From: a virus
Lineage: Duplodnaviria; Caudoviricetes
Direction: 5' to 3' (one strand)
DNA: 50,574 bases
Virus record (IMG/VR): IMGVR_UViG_3300032318_001408
Span: 1-50,574 of that record
In this document: positions 47,485-50,574 of the stretch, one piece after another
Numbering within the stretch: position 1 is the first letter of the stretch
Layout of the letters: each line of letters starts with the position of its first letter
Position numbers and translations under genes: made by a program
The notes under the pieces: generated by a model
What the model was told of the DNA's origin: nothing
The model's input: the letters and a program-made list of their open reading frames with translations, nothing else
The model's database searches: none

Positions 47485-47555
47485 GCGGATGTTGCATATT
47501 GGTAGTGCCTCTGCCTTCCAAGCAGAAGGGGTCAGTTCGATTCTGATCATCCGCT
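47485..47555 (+). tRNA. tRNA-Gly(TCC)
   Basis: GCGGATG/CATCCGC acceptor, U73, TCTGC-CTTCCAA-GCAGA anticodon arm, TTCGATT loop. Confidence 0.9.
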
Positions 47556-47566
47556 CAAATAAAAAA

Positions 47567-47575
47567 TGATATAAT
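47567..47575 (+). promoter_or_regulatory. extended -10 promoter TGATATAAT
   Basis: Upstream of AAGGAG SD of lysin. Confidence 0.6.
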
Positions 47576-47608
47576 ATAATCAAGTCAACTAAAATAAGGA
47601 GAAATAAA

Positions 47609-48184
47609 ATGGCAGCAGAACAAGGATCAGCAGCAAGACTAGTGGAAGTAGCACTAGCAGAAGTTGGAACTATTGAAGGACCAAAAGACAATGAAACAAA
47701 GTATGGCAAGTTTGCAAAGGCAAATTTTCAACCATGGTGCGGATCATTTGTTATGTGGTGTGCAGATCAAGCAGGAGTAAAAGTTCCTAATACAGTATAT
47801 ACGCCAGCGGGAGCACAAGCATTTATTAAAGCAGGAACTTGGCAGATGGCAGAAGTAGCAACACCAGAAGTTGGGGATATTGCCTATTTTGATTTTCCAT
47901 CAGATGGCGTCGATAGAATTTCTCACGTAGGAATTGTTGTTGCAGTAAACACAGATGGCACAGTAGATGTTGTAGAGGGAAATACATCTTCAGATAAAAA
48001 GGGCGATCAAAGAAATGGCGGAGAGTGTTGCCTTAAGAATCGTGCTTACAAGAAGAAGAACGGATCAAAACTTCGCAGAAGCCAGATAGTAGGAATTGTA
48101 GGATTTGGAAGACCAGCATTTGGTAAGCCTGTTGCTAAGAAAGTTGCAGCGCCAGTTAAGAAGGCGACAGTAAAGAAGAAGTAA
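47609..48184 (+). CDS. CHAP-domain peptidoglycan hydrolase (probable endolysin)
   Basis: QPWCGSFVMW, PEVGDIAYF, SHVGIV, VEGNT. Confidence 0.88.
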   Translation: MAAEQGSAARLVEVALAEVGTIEGPKDNETKYGKFAKANFQPWCGSFVMWCADQAGVKVPNTVYTPAGAQAFIKAGTWQMAEVATPEVGDIAYFDFPSDGVDRISHVGIVVAVNTDGTVDVVEGNTSSDKKGDQRNGGECCLKNRAYKKKNGSKLRRSQIVGIVGFGRPAFGKPVAKKVAAPVKKATVKKK

Positions 48185-48588
48185 TGTACGAATACCATGT
48201 TAAGAAAGTAAATAACGTAGTAGACGGAGATACAATAGACGTAGATATTGATCTAGGTTTTGACATATCATTTAGTTCAAGAGTTAGACTGGCTGGAATT
48301 GATACTCCAGAGTCTAGAACAAAAGACCTTGCTGAGAAAAAGCTAGGTCTTGAGGCTAAAGAGTATGTAAAGTCTAAGATTAAAGACGCTAAGGAAGTTG
48401 TAATTAAGACAGAGAAGATGGACTCATCAGAAAAATATGGGCGTATCCTTGGATGGCTATTCCTAGATGGATCTAAAGTATCAGTCAATGAACAAATGAT
48501 TGCCGATGGATATGCCTGGGGATACCTAGGGGATACCAAGGTAAAGGACTTTGAAGCACTTGCTAAAGTAAGGGCTAAGAGGAAGTAG
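48184..48588 (+). CDS. thermonuclease (SNase-like)
   Basis: VVDGDTID, VRLAGIDTPE, KYGRILG, VNEQMIADGYA. Confidence 0.9.
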   Translation: MYEYHVKKVNNVVDGDTIDVDIDLGFDISFSSRVRLAGIDTPESRTKDLAEKKLGLEAKEYVKSKIKDAKEVVIKTEKMDSSEKYGRILGWLFLDGSKVSVNEQMIADGYAWGYLGDTKVKDFEALAKVRAKRK

Positions 48589-48614
48589 ACAAGCAAAAAA
48601 TATTTTGCTATAAT
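48586..48614 (+). promoter_or_regulatory. promoter TAGACA-17-TATAAT, extended -10
   Basis: -35 48586-48591, TGC TATAAT 48606-48614. Confidence 0.75.
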
Positions 48615-48620
48615 AATATA

Positions 48621-48679
48621 TGGATCGCTCATTAGAGGGTCCATATATTAATTTATTCGCTTGAAAGGGGAATAACATG
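48621..48679 (+). promoter_or_regulatory. ROSE-like RNA thermometer candidate in hsp20 5' UTR
   Basis: Two hairpins; second (TATTCGCTT-GAA-AGGGGAATA) sequesters the SD and contains UCGCU. Confidence 0.55.
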
Positions 48680-49144
48680 GTAAATACATTCACACTGGAT
48701 CTTTTTAAGGATCCATTTTTTATTGGTTGGGATCGCCAATTTAAGGATCTTGAAAAGATAATGCACAACTCTACAAACTATCCACCTTATAATTTGGTTG
48801 AAGTTAGTGAAGATACTTACATGATTGAGCTTGCTTTGGCAGGATTCAAGAAAGAAGATATCTCTGTTGAACAGGAAAAAAATGTACTAACAATTAAGGG
48901 TTCATCAGAAGAAGATTCAAGTAAATATATTCACAAAGGTATTGGTGCAAGAAACTTTGCTAGAACATTTTCTTTATCTGAATACATGATTGTAGCAGGA
49001 GTTACAATGGAAAATGGAGTACTTCGTGTACTTGTAATTAGGGATGTGCCAGAAGCGGCTAAGCCTAAAAAGTTTGAAATCATGGATTCATTTACTCCAG
49101 ATGAGGTAGTTATGTCTCCTACAGAAAGAAAAACAAAAAAATAG
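48677..49144 (+). CDS. hsp20: small heat shock protein Hsp20 (IbpA-like)
   Basis: NYPPYNL, IELALAGF, YIHKGIGARNFARTFSL, ENGVLRV. Confidence 0.95.
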   Translation: MVNTFTLDLFKDPFFIGWDRQFKDLEKIMHNSTNYPPYNLVEVSEDTYMIELALAGFKKEDISVEQEKNVLTIKGSSEEDSSKYIHKGIGARNFARTFSLSEYMIVAGVTMENGVLRVLVIRDVPEAAKPKKFEIMDSFTPDEVVMSPTERKTKK

Positions 49145-49154
49145 TATAATAGAA

Positions 49155-49235
49155 GTCTGCATCCCTTCATCGGGAAGTCGCAGATAGCGGGCCGCTACCC
49201 GCAGGATGGACCTGAGCATGTCATTAAACTGCTCA
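49155..49235 (+). ncRNA. candidate structured RNA (pseudoknotted), unknown class
   Basis: GC-rich island right after TATAAT (49145-49150) with six complementary segment pairs. Confidence 0.55.
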
Positions 49236-49255
49236 CTAACATTAAAGGATATGTA

Positions 49256-49444
49256 ATGCCAGTATATGAATATAAGTGCACTGAAGATGATGCACATGCA
49301 ACAATGTCAGTGCACAGATCAATAATGGATGATGATCCAGGTTACACATGTGTTGAATGTGAATCAGAAATGACTAGACACTTTACTCCTTTTGGAATTC
49401 AGTTTAAAGGTAATGGCTTTTACAAGACAGATAATCCTAAGTAG
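49256..49444 (+). CDS. FmdB-family zinc-ribbon protein
   Basis: MPVYEYKC...H...CVEC...FKGNGFYKTD. Confidence 0.85.
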   Translation: MPVYEYKCTEDDAHATMSVHRSIMDDDPGYTCVECESEMTRHFTPFGIQFKGNGFYKTDNPK

Positions 49445-49459
49445 TTTAAAACAACATTC

Positions 49460-49468
49460 TGATATAAT
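49460..49468 (+). promoter_or_regulatory. extended -10 promoter TGATATAAT
   Basis: Upstream of hairpin and AGGAG SD for last gene. Confidence 0.6.
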
Positions 49469-49511
49469 TACTAAGTAAACAAAAATATTGTTTTACTTAG
49501 GAGATACCTAG

Positions 49512-50574
49512 TTGACTAGAAAGTTAAGAATATTTTGCGCCTTCCTGCTTACTGTAGGTTGGCTTTTTGCTATCCCAGCTGATTCCAGCTATGCAACATC
49601 AGAAATATCTGCTACTGTTTCAGAAGGAAAGATACTCAATTTATCTGCTCCGTCTGGGTTTAAAATTGATCGTGTAGTATTTGCCTCATATGGAACACCA
49701 GTAAATTATACAATTGGAAAATGTCATGCAATAAACTCTATATCTATTGTAGAGGCGGCTATAAAAAATGAATCATTAACTATTTCAGCTACAAACGGTA
49801 TTTTTGGAGATCCATGTGGTGGAACATTTAAGTCTTTATCAGTTATATTATCAATTCAAGAATTACAAATATCTCCAGTTAACCCTATTCCAGAAATAAT
49901 TACAATTGGTGCACCAAGAAATCTATCCGTAATAGATGGATCAACATCAACAGTGTTATCTTGGGATTCTCCAAACACTGGCACAAGACAGCCAGAAAGA
50001 TATGCAATTAGCTTTAACTGCGACAAATGCAATGGCTGGGGTATTGCTACAGGCAATGTTGGAGATTCTAATGCTTTAAATACAAGTATAACTATTAGCC
50101 ACTCGTTGCTTGAAAGCTTAATGCCAAGTGGAACAGTATGGTCATTTCATATTAGATCAGATAATGATACATTACGTTTATACTCCGATAATTCAAATGT
50201 AGTAACAATTAAAATAGGTAAAACTTCAGAAGAATTAGCTGCAGAGCAGGCTGCCATATTAGCAGAACAAGAAAGATTAGCAGCAATTATTGCAGCAGAA
50301 AAAGCAAAACTTGAAGCAGAAGCTGCAGCAAAACTAGCAGCAGAATTAGCAGCTAAAGCAGAAGCAGATCGATTAGCTGCAATTGAAGCAGCAAAAATAC
50401 AAGCAGAAAAAGATAAGTTAGCAGCAGAAGCTGCGGCATTAGCCGAGCAACAAAGATTAGCAGCGGAAGCTGCCGCTAAGAAAGCAGAAGAAGATCGTAT
50501 TGCTGCAGAGTTGGCTGCCGCTAAGGCAGAAGAAGAAAGATTAGCAGCGGAAGCTGCCGCTAAGAAAGCAGAAG
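49512..50574 (+). CDS. exported protein: signal peptide, SUEL/Gal_Lectin-like domain, FN3 domain, Ala/Glu/Lys coiled coil (3'-truncated, not in ORF track)
   Basis: TTG 49512 after AGGAG; MTRKLRIFCAFLLTVGWLFAIPADSSYA; FASYGTP...CHA...FGDPCGGTFKSLSV; APRNLSV...LSWDSP; open to window end. Confidence 0.8.
   Translation, partial: MTRKLRIFCAFLLTVGWLFAIPADSSYATSEISATVSEGKILNLSAPSGFKIDRVVFASYGTPVNYTIGKCHAINSISIVEAAIKNESLTISATNGIFGDPCGGTFKSLSVILSIQELQISPVNPIPEIITIGAPRNLSVIDGSTSTVLSWDSPNTGTRQPERYAISFNCDKCNGWGIATGNVGDSNALNTSITISHSLLESLMPSGTVWSFHIRSDNDTLRLYSDNSNVVTIKIGKTSEELAAEQAAILAEQERLAAIIAAEKAKLEAEAAAKLAAELAAKAEADRLAAIEAAKIQAEKDKLAAEAAALAEQQRLAAEAAAKKAEEDRIAAELAAAKAEEERLAAEAAAKKAE
50452..50574 (+). 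repeat. 39-bp exact direct repeat within coiled-coil coding region
   Basis: AAAGATTAGCAGCGGAAGCTGCCGCTAAGAAAGCAGAAG at 50452-50490 and 50536-50574 (84-nt period). Confidence 0.9.

Noticed and set aside
47419-47709. 96-aa minus-strand ORF
   Set aside because: Overlaps two tRNAs and the lysin start; typical antisense tRNA translation
49155-49208. Calling the structured RNA an HDV-like/theta ribozyme or SAM riboswitch
   Set aside because: Lacks the L3/P1.1 pairing and catalytic C-containing J4/2 strand, and no SAM aptamer consensus; kept as unclassified
1-50574. Integrase, repressor cassette or alternative genetic code
   Set aside because: No integrase in the window; genes are full-length and densely packed under the standard code, with TAA, TAG and TGA all used as stops

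Overview
The window is a contiguous, AT-rich, single-strand (+) segment of a large lytic-looking siphovirus-type tailed phage. Order: LamG-type virion protein, portal, prohead protease/scaffold, major capsid, neck and tail genes (tail tube, frameshifted chaperone pair, 2392-aa tape measure, tail tip and fibre genes), a replication/recombination block (phosphoesterase, DnaB-like helicase, primase, two SSBs, DnaE-type polymerase, MazG-like, RecA-like, two resolvases, Cas4-like nuclease), a glycosyltransferase/nucleotidyltransferase/Nmad1 cluster, a terminase pair far from the portal, three tRNAs, CHAP lysin, thermonuclease, Hsp20, an FmdB-type zinc ribbon and a truncated exported protein. The synteny recalls Streptomyces BE/BK-type phages and their freshwater relatives, and several genes look leaderless, so an actinobacterial host is inferred but not shown. 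Most notable: (1) the tape measure protein carries a PARP-like H-Y-Y-E ADP-ribosyltransferase domain and a second unknown domain in cassettes bounded by repeated NxGG linkers and a DNA direct repeat, suggesting a swappable injected-effector system; (2) a ROSE-like RNA thermometer before hsp20; (3) a promoter-driven, doubly pseudoknotted candidate ncRNA; (4) an exported SUEL-lectin/FN3/coiled-coil protein missed by the ORF track. All assignments come from motif reading by eye; no searches were run.
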